Positions 53,801 to 63,300 of a stretch of 64,000 nucleotides of DNA are shown piece by piece. The first letter of the stretch is position 1. The number at the start of each line of letters is the position of its first letter. This DNA comes from an uncultured Bacteroidota bacterium (GTDB taxonomy: Bacteria; Bacteroidota; Bacteroidia; AKYH767-A; 2013-40CM-41-45): positions 30,814 through 94,813 of the forward strand of contig CAVZJJ010000004.1 in assembly GCA_963775555.1 (NCBI GenBank), read 5' to 3'. The position numbers and the translations under genes were made by a program. The notes under the pieces are model-generated. The model did not search any database, was not told the DNA's origin, and worked only from the letters and a program-made list of their open reading frames with translations.

Positions 53801-54889
53801 AAAATAGAGATATGCATCTTGTCCGGAGAAAGAAAAATTACGGGATGCATCGGTATGATCAATGATTGAAGGATAGTTGTAGGAGGGATAAGTGGTGCCC
53901 CATGTTCCTGTAAAAGCGCGCAGCAATTTTCTTTGTGACCAATGGATCATATCTCCTGAGAGAGAAAAGAAGGCCCCGTTCACTAACACTCCATTGATTA
54001 TTTGCGAAGAAATTCCTACAAGCATCCACTTGTTGAAAAAGGTATTATAGGTGATGGAGGAACTCATGGTGCCTATGTTGTCATTCAAATCATTTAATGG
54101 TGCAAGGATGTGTTCATCCGGATTTACGGATCCGCCTGTATAAGGATTATGCGAGGTCACATTAAATCCTGCACCATCCCATCCCCGCCAGCTTGTTGGA
54201 TCACTCAGATCGTCAGTTCGGATAAGTCCCACTCCTGTCAGTTGATTTAGCCTTGCTTCGAGATGGATATAACAGTAATAGTATCCGTCTTCCTGGTTAT
54301 AAACGATGTTGCTGGGATTGAAATACCCACAAGGGCCTTGGGAGGCGGAATAATTATAAGGAAGACTCCATACAAGATGGTTGGGAGCAGAGGCTTGCTG
54401 ATAGGTTTTTCCTGTATCTGTAGAAACGGCTTGAGTAATGGTATTGTGCCAATTATAATAATTGTAAGATGTGCCAAAGTATTCGTGGTGATTAAGTGAA
54501 TAAATGGTCACTCCATCGAGTGTATATGGCGATGCAATCCAGGTATGGTAATCGTACTCACTCACGGCGGTGTTGTTACCGGAACTGAAAACCGGACCAT
54601 TTGCATAATCTCTGCTGAGGTTGTTGAAGTCATTTCCAATCATTCGAAAAGCGTCGTAATGAACGGAAAGGAGTTGAATTTTCCCGGAAGCATCGCGGAA
54701 TGCGCGTGCGGGAGCATCCGGATAGTCATTGGCGATACCCTGAGTCGAAAAGTCAAATACCGTTTCTGCCGCACTGAGCGTGTCAACCTGATCAGGATAT
54801 TCCAATTGGGCCTTAAGCGATTTTGTAGCTGAAGCGAAGACAAAAATCAAGGCAATAATTTTCAGTGTGAAGCAGTTGTTGGCTTTCAT
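50891..54889 (-). CDS. T9SS-secreted surface protein: unknown N-terminal domain + parallel beta-helix + 3 cadherin repeats + type-A C-terminal sorting domain
   Basis: The ATG at 54889 (MKANNCFTLKIIALIFVFASATKSLKA|Q, signal peptide) is preferred over the ORF-track TTG at 54919. See the sub-features. Confidence 0.88.
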   Translation of the reverse strand: MKANNCFTLKIIALIFVFASATKSLKAQLEYPDQVDTLSAAETVFDFSTQGIANDYPDAPARAFRDASGKIQLLSVHYDAFRMIGNDFNNLSRDYANGPVFSSGNNTAVSEYDYHTWIASPYTLDGVTIYSLNHHEYFGTSYNYYNWHNTITQAVSTDTGKTYQQASAPNHLVWSLPYNYSASQGPCGYFNPSNIVYNQEDGYYYCYIHLEARLNQLTGVGLIRTDDLSDPTSWRGWDGAGFNVTSHNPYTGGSVNPDEHILAPLNDLNDNIGTMSSSITYNTFFNKWMLVGISSQIINGVLVNGAFFSLSGDMIHWSQRKLLRAFTGTWGTTYPSYNYPSIIDHTDASRNFSFSGQDAYLYFTRANNASDRDLVRIPIHFNKHTVTGFTVSSTTDNTTTARDEVNGDGYAYSKIAGGTTISLRSAIEEANARPPYYADSAITIDINISGAPGAKEIILGNAELPEIKFPVILNGTAQAGSTVNTATSGETNNATININLNCNGNLGLALISSNSTVKGMAIYNANGTCISISEGNGNKIQGCYIGVSNTGLAGTYPLPGVSGIDIGGTVENGSANNLIGGPNPEDQNIIAGGINLRGSMTINNTIQGNYIGTDKTGLVDIDQNGNGIGITDSSSYNNIGGAYISMRNVISGNHSAGINIQGSESAYNTILNNYIGINADASAALPNQSDGIAILDGSHDNIVGLAGYGNIIGGGNNSMIFIDESSYNIVSGNYIGTDTSGTLNLSSSVGVEFKGGNCHDNLLGGEGNGEQNVIANADFGVITFGSGTGNSCINNIIYNINDISIDLAWDGSTPNDYQDLDPDSLTNPNNNLQNYPENISADSVDTGVHIRANFNSTPNQQFTIAFYAGSSLTGTGMAQAERFLGSTYIVTDVNGDAPIDLTLFSEVSTQDFISMLAIDMNGNNSEFSEAARVQINSNNPPSSLSISDNTIAENSAIGTSIATLSGTDPDTANVLSYSLVTGPGSVDNNQFLLSGDQLLSNSSIDFENKPWYSIRARCTDQGGAYFEQIFSIAVLNVNEAPEDLSISANTLDENLAAGTTIGSFSSTDPETGDTHTYSFASGIGDIDNGLFAINSGQLQNIAAFDYESHNSYSVRVRSTDNGGLSFEKIINISINDVNEMPSQLILSGDSIAENQASGSTIGSLSSTDPDFGDTHSYTLVSGTGDVDNAAFAISSGNLTSTLSFDYETKAQYSIRVRSSDAGGLFIEQILQIYIIDEPESPTGIFTPEKTTGTIFVYPNPSSGQFIIQVPEESNTPYQISLIDQQGRECSFKMSMAGTEVTVSTETLGAGIYSLRLITAEGKIYTSKIVLEK
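50894..51165 (-). other. T9SS type-A C-terminal sorting domain (Por_Secre_tail-like)
   Basis: ...IFVYPNPSSGQFIIQVPE...ISLIDQQGRE...LGAGIYSLRLITAEGKIYTSKIVLEK is the canonical pattern. Confidence 0.85.
51168..52070 (-). other. three tandem cadherin-like repeats (about 100 aa each)
   Basis: The units follow the pattern I(A/D)EN...GT.IG.LS.TDPD.GD...Y.LV.G.GD.DN..F.I....L......DYE....Y...VR..D.GG...E....I.I.DVNE.P. Confidence 0.8.
52490..53560 (-). other. right-handed parallel beta-helix repeat region
   Basis: Repeated turns of about 22-25 aa of the type N.I.GN.IG....G.....GI.I (NNLIGG, NIIAGG, NTIQGNYIGTD, NVISGN, NTILNNYIGIN, NIVSGNYIGTD). Confidence 0.7.
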
Positions 54890-55504
54890 GGACAAACAAA
54901 TTAAAAGTGGTTCCCTCAATACGTTTTTAAGCAGCTAAAAGTTGTATAAAACGCAATGACAGCGCGGTCAATTGATAAAATTCATCCGGAATTTTGTCAG
55001 AGGTACAGAAAAATGAAATCGGCTTTGTACGATGAGGATGTTTTAAAAGTTACGCAGGAAAATAAAATAAAAGGGTTCAAGCATTAATAATTTTATTCTG
55101 CCGGGCAGAATCTTCGTGTGTAAGCCAATTATACTACGGAGGATTCCGACCGCAAACGGAAGCGATCCGCGCAGCAGACCTTTTTATTTCGTAAAAATAA
55201 ATAACATTAAAATAAGGGAAAATTATTTTTATTTTCTCTGGATCAACTCTTACTTTTTTCCTTGATGAAAAAAGTAAGCAAAAAAATCAAGACCAATTGA
55301 TTCTGCCAGCCGCAAGGGCGGACGCTTCCCGCGCAATTGGTCGGGCCCGCGCGCAGCAATGAACAAGCTTGGTGTCATTGAATTATTTGAATTAATAAAT
55401 AACATGTAGAACAGAATGCACCAATTAGAGCTTGACTAGCAATGGTTTTGGAATTACGAACTAAATGGATTATCCTAAAACTAAATTTAATTATTCTTTG
55501 TGAA

Positions 55505-55570
55505 CCTTGTGCTTCCTTCGTGTCCATTGTGGTTTATTTTTACCACTAAGTTCACCAAGGAAGCACAAAG
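55505..55570. other. long imperfect hairpin (16 of 18 bp outer stem plus a 5-bp inner stem)
   Basis: CCTTGTGCTTCCTTCGTG (55505-55522) pairs with CACCAAGGAAGCACAAAG (55553-55570). Inner stem is GTGGT/ACCAC. The sequence TGTGGTTTA recurs 52 nt later. Confidence 0.4.
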
Positions 55571-55605
55571 TACACCAAGTGTGGTTTAATAAAACGATAA
55601 GATGT

Positions 55606-55648
55606 GTCATTTAGCTCCAGAATGCTCAACAATAGAGGCCTCAATTAT
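55606..55648. repeat. 43-bp dispersed repeat, copy B (partner at 13818-13860)
   Basis: GTCATTTAGCTCCAGAATGCTCAACAATAGAGGCCTCAATTAT. It matches copy A at 37 of 43 positions. Confidence 0.8.
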
Positions 55649-55808
55649 TTAACTTTAAAACCAGGATGTATGCCTTAATGCACTGATTAGAATCCGCCTC
55701 CCAACGTTTACGGATTTACGAACTAATGTGATCAAGAGCGGAATCAGAATTCAAAGGAATTATATGAAAAAAATACCACTGATAAAGCAGAATTATTATC
55801 CGTGTTGA

Positions 55809-56375
55809 TTACTTGTCATTCCATCGAAAAGAATTTTGATTGAGACCTGCCAGATCGATGACTCTGTCTACAACGGTAGAAGCCAGTTCTTCGAAATTTC
55901 CAGGTCTTGAATAGAACGAGGGAGAAGCCGGGCAAATAATTCCACCTGCCTCGGTAATCATTTTCATATTATTAATGTGAATCAAACTGTATGGAGTATC
56001 CCGTAATACTAAAATCAGCTTTCTTCTTTCTTTCAGAATCACATCAGCCGCACGGGTAATGAGATCGTTGGATATTCCATGAGCGATGCGGGCCATCGTT
56101 CCCATTGAACAAGGGCAGACAATCATAGTTTCAAATTTTGCAGAACCGCTGGCAAAAGGGGCGAAGAAGTCGTTTTTTCCATACGACTTGAATGGTATTT
56201 TGTCGTAAGCAGTGTTTTCAAGTTCGAATTTCCATACATCTTTGGCGTTATCCGACATAACGACTCCCACCGTTTCAATTTGCGACTGCAATTGAACGAG
56301 TTTATCCAGCAGCACCTTGGCATAGACAGCTCCGCTGGCTCCTGTAATGGCAAGAATGATTTTATGTTTATTCAT
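55809..56375 (-). CDS. ubiX: flavin prenyltransferase UbiX
   Basis: The ATG at 56375 (MNKHKIILAITGASGAVYA) is the typical UbiX/Pad1 N-terminus, with ...MIVCPCSMGTMARIAHG.... The ORF-track extension up to 56483 overlaps vanZ and is rejected. Confidence 0.88.
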   Translation of the reverse strand: MNKHKIILAITGASGAVYAKVLLDKLVQLQSQIETVGVVMSDNAKDVWKFELENTAYDKIPFKSYGKNDFFAPFASGSAKFETMIVCPCSMGTMARIAHGISNDLITRAADVILKERRKLILVLRDTPYSLIHINNMKMITEAGGIICPASPSFYSRPGNFEELASTVVDRVIDLAGLNQNSFRWNDK

Positions 56376-56415
56376 ACAAAAAGGATTTATTGAATCAATA
56401 CAAGGTAAGAAAAAT

Positions 56416-56811
56416 TCAGGCCTTTGGCTTGCTGATTTTTTTCTGGAATAATCGCCGGTAAATCCACCAGCCAAGAAGAGCACCTATTGAATTGGCAATC
56501 GCGTCCCGGACATCACCACTGCGGTTGATGAACACTGTATATTGAAGAATTTCCACCAATGATCCATAAGCAATGCAAAGGAATAAAGTAAAAAGGATGA
56601 TGTGATTTTTTTCCCAGGGGAGAGTTTTCGCATCTAAAAAACTACGGAGAAGTAAAATAGCCAGAATCGCAAAGATCACCAGGTGTACGATCTTATCGGG
56701 TTTGAGCCATTCCAAAAAAGTGAGCCGGGGGATGCGTTCCCCCGGAATGGCGCAAATGATCATGATAAAAAGTGCCCACAGAAAAGTGGGCAGGTGATAG
56801 CGAAGAAACAT
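56416..56811 (-). CDS. VanZ-family membrane protein
   Basis: 131 aa with four hydrophobic helices, DKIVHLVIF and a RDAIANSIGALLG-type C-terminus typical of VanZ-like proteins. Confidence 0.65.
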   Translation of the reverse strand: MFLRYHLPTFLWALFIMIICAIPGERIPRLTFLEWLKPDKIVHLVIFAILAILLLRSFLDAKTLPWEKNHIILFTLFLCIAYGSLVEILQYTVFINRSGDVRDAIANSIGALLGWWIYRRLFQKKISKPKA

Positions 56812-56823
56812 GCTCTACCTTGC

Positions 56824-57204
56824 TCAGGCCCCAATGACCTTTTGGTAGTCCGCTGCACTGAGGAGCGATCCTGCTTCTGCGGGATTACTCATCTGAATGC
56901 GAATCATCCAGCCCTTCCCATAGGGATCTTTATTAATATCTTCCGGGCCGGACTCCAGATCTTTATTGAGGGCGATGATTTTTCCGCTAAGAGGCATGAA
57001 CAAATCAGAAACTGTTTTCACCGCTTCCACGGTTCCGAAAACTGCTTCTTTATCCAGCGTATCACCTTCTGTTTCTATTTCAACATATACTATATCACCA
57101 AGCTCACCTTGAGCAAAATCAGTGATACCAACTACGGCTTCGTTACCTTCTACACGGACCCACTCGTGATCTTTTGTGTATTTAAGGTTTTCAGGAAAAT
57201 TCAT
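56824..57204 (-). CDS. gcvH: glycine cleavage system protein H
   Basis: 126 aa with [13 protein letters not shown]..., the lipoyl-lysine motif [10 protein letters not shown] and PYGKGWM. Confidence 0.95.
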   Translation of the reverse strand: MNFPENLKYTKDHEWVRVEGNEAVVGITDFAQGELGDIVYVEIETEGDTLDKEAVFGTVEAVKTVSDLFMPLSGKIIALNKDLESGPEDINKDPYGKGWMIRIQMSNPAEAGSLLSAADYQKVIGA

Positions 57205-57221
57205 GGCTTGTAAATTTGGGT

Positions 57222-57229
57222 CAAACCTA
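57222..57229 (-). promoter_or_regulatory. candidate -7 promoter box (TAGGTTTG on the minus strand) for gcvH
   Basis: The plus strand reads CAAACCTA. It lies 17 nt upstream of the ATG at 57204. Confidence 0.4.
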
Positions 57230-57340
57230 TTGGAATTTTAGGAATTGACAAAGGAGAAAAAACATATTCTTGATAATAATGTGATTCAGATAGGAATAGC
57301 GCTTTAAAGGTGGTTCCCCGCTTCCGCTATGTCAACTGTT

Positions 57341-60300
57341 TTACTGGGCAAGCGTAAAGCGGATGCTTATACCTGCATTGGTATTGGAAGTCGGGTAACT
57401 GGAAGAAACAAATGGATCGTTAGCATTCCAGTCATAGAATGCCCGGATATTAAAGCGATCCGTGATCGGATAGTCTGCACTCAGCTTCACGCCAACTGTC
57501 TGGCTTCCCGAACTCGGTTGGTTTGTATTTTCAACCAGCTTCCTTAAAATGGTAGTGTTTTTTCGGAGGTTAAAATCAGCTCTCAGGCTCAAATCATTGG
57601 TCGGTTTTCTGCCTCTTCCAATACTGAAAGGAAAGGTGACTCTTTTAATTTTGTATCCAAGTCCGAGAACATATTCAATTCCTCGTACTTCCGTAATCTG
57701 TATATTGGAATAGGCAAGCGTAAGTGAACGGTCACGTTTAATCTCAAAGCGTGTCTGCAAGGAGTTTTTCCAGGTGATATCTATTCCGATAAGTGGAGCT
57801 AATTGTTCAGCAATTGTAACCTGTTGAATCGCATACAAAGGAATAAAGTTGCCTGCGGTATCTCTGCGTGAAGGTGAATTATTCAACTCCTCATAGAGTA
57901 AGTTTTGCGTGAATGAATTGATGCTGTATGTGGACCTGTATCCATGTGACAGACTGAATGACTGGATGATCTTCTGGAAGGCCTTCAACCTGCCCAAACC
58001 ATCATAGGTCACTCGCCAGTTTGGTCTTGGAATTTTTGGAAAGCGTTCATTCATTTTTAGGGACGGATCTTTGCCTGAATAAGCAGCAAGGAAAGCATAG
58101 GTTAGCACTTCTTGTTGCGAACGTCCATAACCTGATTGGTAGCCGGAAGTATCTATCGTGCCCGGAGCATTTGGATTAGTCGAGGCCATCAACATCGATT
58201 CGGTAATCAGATTGTTTTTAAAAGTTTCAAAATTCTTATTGGAATAATCTTTCGCATCATTTACAAAATGAGTGTTCCATGTCAGGTAGGAAATGGAAAA
58301 ATTACCATTTTCCGTAGGACTATAGGAACGGAAAACACCATCCGATCCATATCGGTAGTATTCTGAGTGGGACAGAGTGAAATTCCTGTTACCTGTGATT
58401 TCTATTTTCAGGCTTTTAAATGGTTCGGCACTAAGACGTGCAGTAAAATTTTCCTGGTGTGTCGTCGTGAAGAATGAATTCAATGTGGTATCCGTCGTCA
58501 ACCAATTGTATTTAACGGCTTCCGGTCGAGGATCTTTTTGAGAGCCTACGAGGAATCCCCATCCGGGCGCTCCTTTTTGTCCGTTAAAGTTCAAGTCCTG
58601 GCCAAGAAATTCCGGAGTACCACGGAATCCCGGTAACATCGTTCCGTCTGTCTGACTATAAGAAACGGCAGCGTTCTTCACCATCATTAAAACTTTCAGG
58701 AATTCCTTTAGTACCGGTTCCAAGACTGGTTTCTTAGCCACTTTCATGGTATCGTTCTGAGCATTGAGACTGTCTTTCGGTAGTTTAACTTTTACAGGTC
58801 GCGCCGATTCTCTTCCTCGTGATATTGTTGGTGTGTTGATTTTTCTGAGGTAACCAATTTTATTATACAGGGTAGTAAAGGTAATACTGGCATTATACTG
58901 CATCGTGAGTGAATTCTGAATGGTATTCGCCCATGGATTCGGCTTGATCAAATCATCAATTGAATCCCGGTAAAGCGGAGAGGACTGCCAATTGTAATTA
59001 CCCCCATAGCGTATGTTTCCATTGAGCCAGTCCAAAATTGGCACCTTGTTAAATGGTACATTATAAGTAAGGTTCAGGCCATGATGATACTGCGTGAGTC
59101 GTCCCATACTGAACAGGTTAGATCTGACGGAATCTCGTTCCTCTTTGGTGTCTAGTCTCCCTGCAGGTTCATCGATAGTGGCGCGGGCATCCGAATTAAA
59201 ATCAAACTTAAGGGACTTAGTAAAATCCCATATCAGACCATAGTTTCGCTGCATCGTATAGGTCTTGATAAAGGTAGGTTCCAGTATGAAGGCAAGTCCG
59301 GAATTGTTGCGTAGTTGTGTCTCCGCATAAGTTCGGTCCAGACTGAAGCGGAAATTTAAACCGGAGGGAAGCGGGTTAAAATTAAAATCTTTGATGAGCC
59401 TCAGGCTTTTTTTACTGAGACTTTTCGATTTTTCAAAAGGCGTGATCGGCTTTGATGAAGTGTTAAAATTGTAACCTACTACGCCTTGATAGGTTTTTGC
59501 AAGACTGTATTCGATATTATAATTGCGTTGATAGATCTCTGTATAGGCATAGGCAAAGTTCAGGTTCTCCACATCGTATATATGGCTTTTTGCTCCACTG
59601 CGGGTTTTTACTTTTCGTACATTTGTAAAATTCAGATTTTTTCTTTGGGTATAGTCCTGCACTTGTTTTTTTACCGAGTCCCGGGTTTCTGTGTTAGGAG
59701 CGGCATCAAGGGCTTTGCTGAGTTTTACATCCGGATCAAGAGGATTGTATTCGGGGTTAATAAACATTTCACCGTATCCAAAGTACATTGGGACTTTTAT
59801 TCCTGATTTTTCAGGCAGGAATTTTCCCAGCTCAAGGGTTGTAGCTATGTCGTAGGAAGATCTGGTTTCTTTGTCGCGTTCACTCACCTTCTTCTCGATA
59901 CTTCCCCATCCTGCAGTACTGCGCAGTCCTGTGACGGTAAACGTACCCAGATCGGCCAATTTTGTTGTTACGCGGGCAGTGGCTGCCCAGCCGCCTTTTT
60001 CATCAAAGTCAGAAAGACGTAATTCATTCACCCACACTTCAGCACATATTTTTGGCCCGTCTCCATTTGGATCTTTTGGATTTCTTACTCCGATCATAAT
60101 GGAACGAACACTACTTAGGTTCGGCGTTCCTTTGATGATGATTGTCCGGTCTCCATCCGTTACGCGGAAGGGTGTGAGAAGAGTTACCGTAGAGTTAGCA
60201 AGAATTGCATTGTTGCGAAGCAACTTCGCGTCCACCAGTTTTTCCAGATCGATTTCCATATTATTCCCTTCCGGCCAAACTGATTCCCGTGATATGGAAC

Positions 60301-63300
60301 CCCATGGTGATATAATCAACGGAATTTCATATTCATAATAGTTGTCGTTGAAGTCGCTTCCCAGGCGCACAAATGCATGCAAATCTCCGTTCTGAAGGTT
60401 ATCACTTGCACCTGCAGATTCAGCATGGATAAACATCTTCAGTTTTTTGTACGCACGAATATCCACTTCCGTGTTTTTGTAAGCGGCACGACCATCTCCA
60501 TCCGGTAGTTCACACACCCTCAGCACGAGCGACTGTTCATTCAAGGTGGACAATTGTGTAGTGGAGATGTCACGTTCTTTTTCAATGCCCGGAGGAAGAA
60601 CATAAGGAATTGGCTGACGGCTTCCGTTCTCTTCGACACTTACGGATGCAATGTCAAACTGCGTACTTCCGGGTACTTCCGGAGTCGGGCTGTATTCTCC
60701 GGGCTGTAGCAGAGAGAAATTATAACGGCGCCATTCACCGCGAAGGAATTCGAGTTTTGCAAAACGGCAGACGATCGGCGATTCAAAACGTTTCATGAAC
60801 ATCCGCACAAAACGGATATTTTGTAAATCCACTTCACCAATTGTTTTCTCCGGCGATTTCACAGGAATTTTAAACTGATACCATTTTATGGTGCCGGTGG
60901 TGTTGTTGGCAAAACGTACAGGCGATTCAATCATATCGGTGATATAGTTTTGCCCGACAACCATTTCGGATTGCTTGACGTTCACCTTGTACTGATAGTA
61001 GTTCTCGCCGACATCCATGTTGTTGTCGCGGTTGATATCTTCTGCATCAGGAATGGAGGTGGCAGTTGATTGCACGCCATTGATTGTTCCGTTTGCAGGA
61101 GAATTTCCCTGATGGCCATTATAATACTTATATCTCTCCAGCGGAGGTGCATCGATTGTGCTGAAATTCGGATCTAAAAAATACTTATAGTCATCGTTAG
61201 ATGGATCGGCTTGTGCATTTGGAAGGGCGGCAGGGAAATTCGCACTTATAGGTCCCAGGAATTGATTTTGGAAAAACGTTCTTTCAGCATCATCATCCAG
61301 TCCATCCAACCCAACGTCTTGTGCAGTACGACTGGCAGGGTCATTATCGAAAGCGTTCACAATGGATTGCTCGATAGGGTAGCGTCCCCAGGCAGAATTG
61401 CCGACGGTATAGTTGTTTGTGGAAGCGGGTAATCCGTTCTCAAAACTTTTATGTCCGTCACGCAGGATGTCTTCCGACAAGCTACCCAGGTTAAAATATA
61501 ATTCTCCACCAGTGCCATCGTTCAGGGTTCCGTCTGCAAATGGATCCATCATCCAGAACTGGATAAATTCAATGTTACTTGCTTCAAAATCATTCGTCTC
61601 AATTTTACGCATGATTCCTCCCCATCGGCTCAAGGGATCTTTGAGTGTACCATCTGCATTCATACCGGAAGAAATACCGCTGAGTGGGAGTACATCGTAA
61701 TTATAGGGCCCTCGTTCTTCCGGATAGAAGGCCACGTTCATACAAGTAATTGTTTGCGGACCGTTCGGTTGAGATTTGTTCGGAAAAATTTCAGCCTGCG
61801 GAATTTCCCGGACAAAATTGTTACTCTGGTCGTTCTCATCGATGTCGGGAGGCGTGATACCGCCCTGGTCGCGTTGGAAAAGAGGGTCAACATAATACCA
61901 GGCAGTTCGGGCACGGTTAAAGCCATAGACCAGACTGTCGTTGTATTGGCTTTCAGGGAACATACCGGGTTCAGTTTGTCCCAAAGGCGTACTTGCTAAA
62001 AACCAGCTGCCCGGATTTTTCATGTCAAGTGGAGTGATTGCACCTTCAAAGTCATCCACATAAGAAGTACCGGCAGCACCAACGGCTTTAGAGTGACCGG
62101 GAAATAATTTAGCGACCTCTCCACTCATTGTGATAGTGGACGTCTCCTTCGTATTGTAGAAGGGGAGTTTGTCAAGCATTTTGGTTAGGAAGCGGGAATC
62201 GGTCCGGTAATTACCATCTACGCCTACCATGGTATTCGCGATAGGTTCGTCACCAATGTTCACTTTTTGCGTCAAAGGCCGCTCCTGCAGATAAAGTACT
62301 GTAGCCCCTACCTGTAGGTCTTTATTGAACACATAGTCGAAACGGCCTCCGAGCATGGTTTTCGTTTGTAGGTTGAAGAGGGAGCTGCTTTCAAGGGAGA
62401 TGCTGATGGGTGTGTTAGAGCGGAGGATCCCTTCGTCGATGATTTTCACACGTCCAAGAGTATAATCAACGGTGTACTCGACATTCTCTGTGAGCTGCCT
62501 TCCACCTGCCGTGACTTTCACTGAACCCTGAGGAACGTTGATTGCATTCAGAGGAATATCAGATCCGGCTGAACTTTGATAAGTTCCGCGGAGACTGAAT
62601 TTGTTTTTTTCCGGCTGCTGTTGAGCTGCTGTTTTCGTGGAATCATATAAGGCATAATAGCCGTACTTGTCGGCAAGTGTGGTATCCCCGCAGAACTGTT
62701 GGCGGAGGTAACTGCCAAAAGGTTCCCTTACCGGAAAAATAATCCTTCCGGACTGACTGTTGATCGTAATTCCATTTTGGAAGTCAAAGAGTCCGTCTGG
62801 CTGAGGATCACCATTTGTATTCAGATCATCCAGGTTGAGAAGGCGGATAAGCGGGACACCTTGAACGTCTGTACAACCATCCGGTATGTAATTAATATTG
62901 CCGCCAATTCTGTCATCCTGATAAAGCACATCAAGACGGAACCGGTCACGCGAGATATTATATCCGTTGAGAGAATAAATATTCTTCATCATGAGATCCC
63001 AGGTGTAATACTTCGGAGTAAAGTTTGTACTGCGGATCAATTTCACGAAGAGGGCTTCCGGTGGCACGGCGATTGCGGAAGTAGACAGTTCACCTACCTG
63101 GTGTGCCTGTCCTCCATAGGTATATTCATAGGCAACAGCCAGTACCTGGTTGGGCTCGAGTGTGGTGTTTAATGATATATAACCCAGCTGTGGGTTCAGA
63201 GTATATTCATTCGGTTGAAGCATCCGTGCATTCTCTACGGTCTCAAAGTTTCGGGTGCGCGCAAAGCCGGTGGATGCAAGGGGGTCCAGCACTGAAGAAG

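Noticed and set aside
50546-55182. Inverted repeats bracketing the T9SS cargo gene: GGCTTACACAC at about 50,731 against GTGTGTAAGCC at about 55,117, and GCTGCGCAGGAT... at 50,546 against its approximate reverse complement at 55,141-55,182. These would suggest a mobile or invertible cassette.
   Set aside because: The exact matches are only about 11 nt. A chance match of that length between two 800-bp spacers is not improbable (order 0.3). The spacing on the two sides differs, and there are no target-site duplications and no recombinase gene. The similarity is mentioned under the hairpin finding only.
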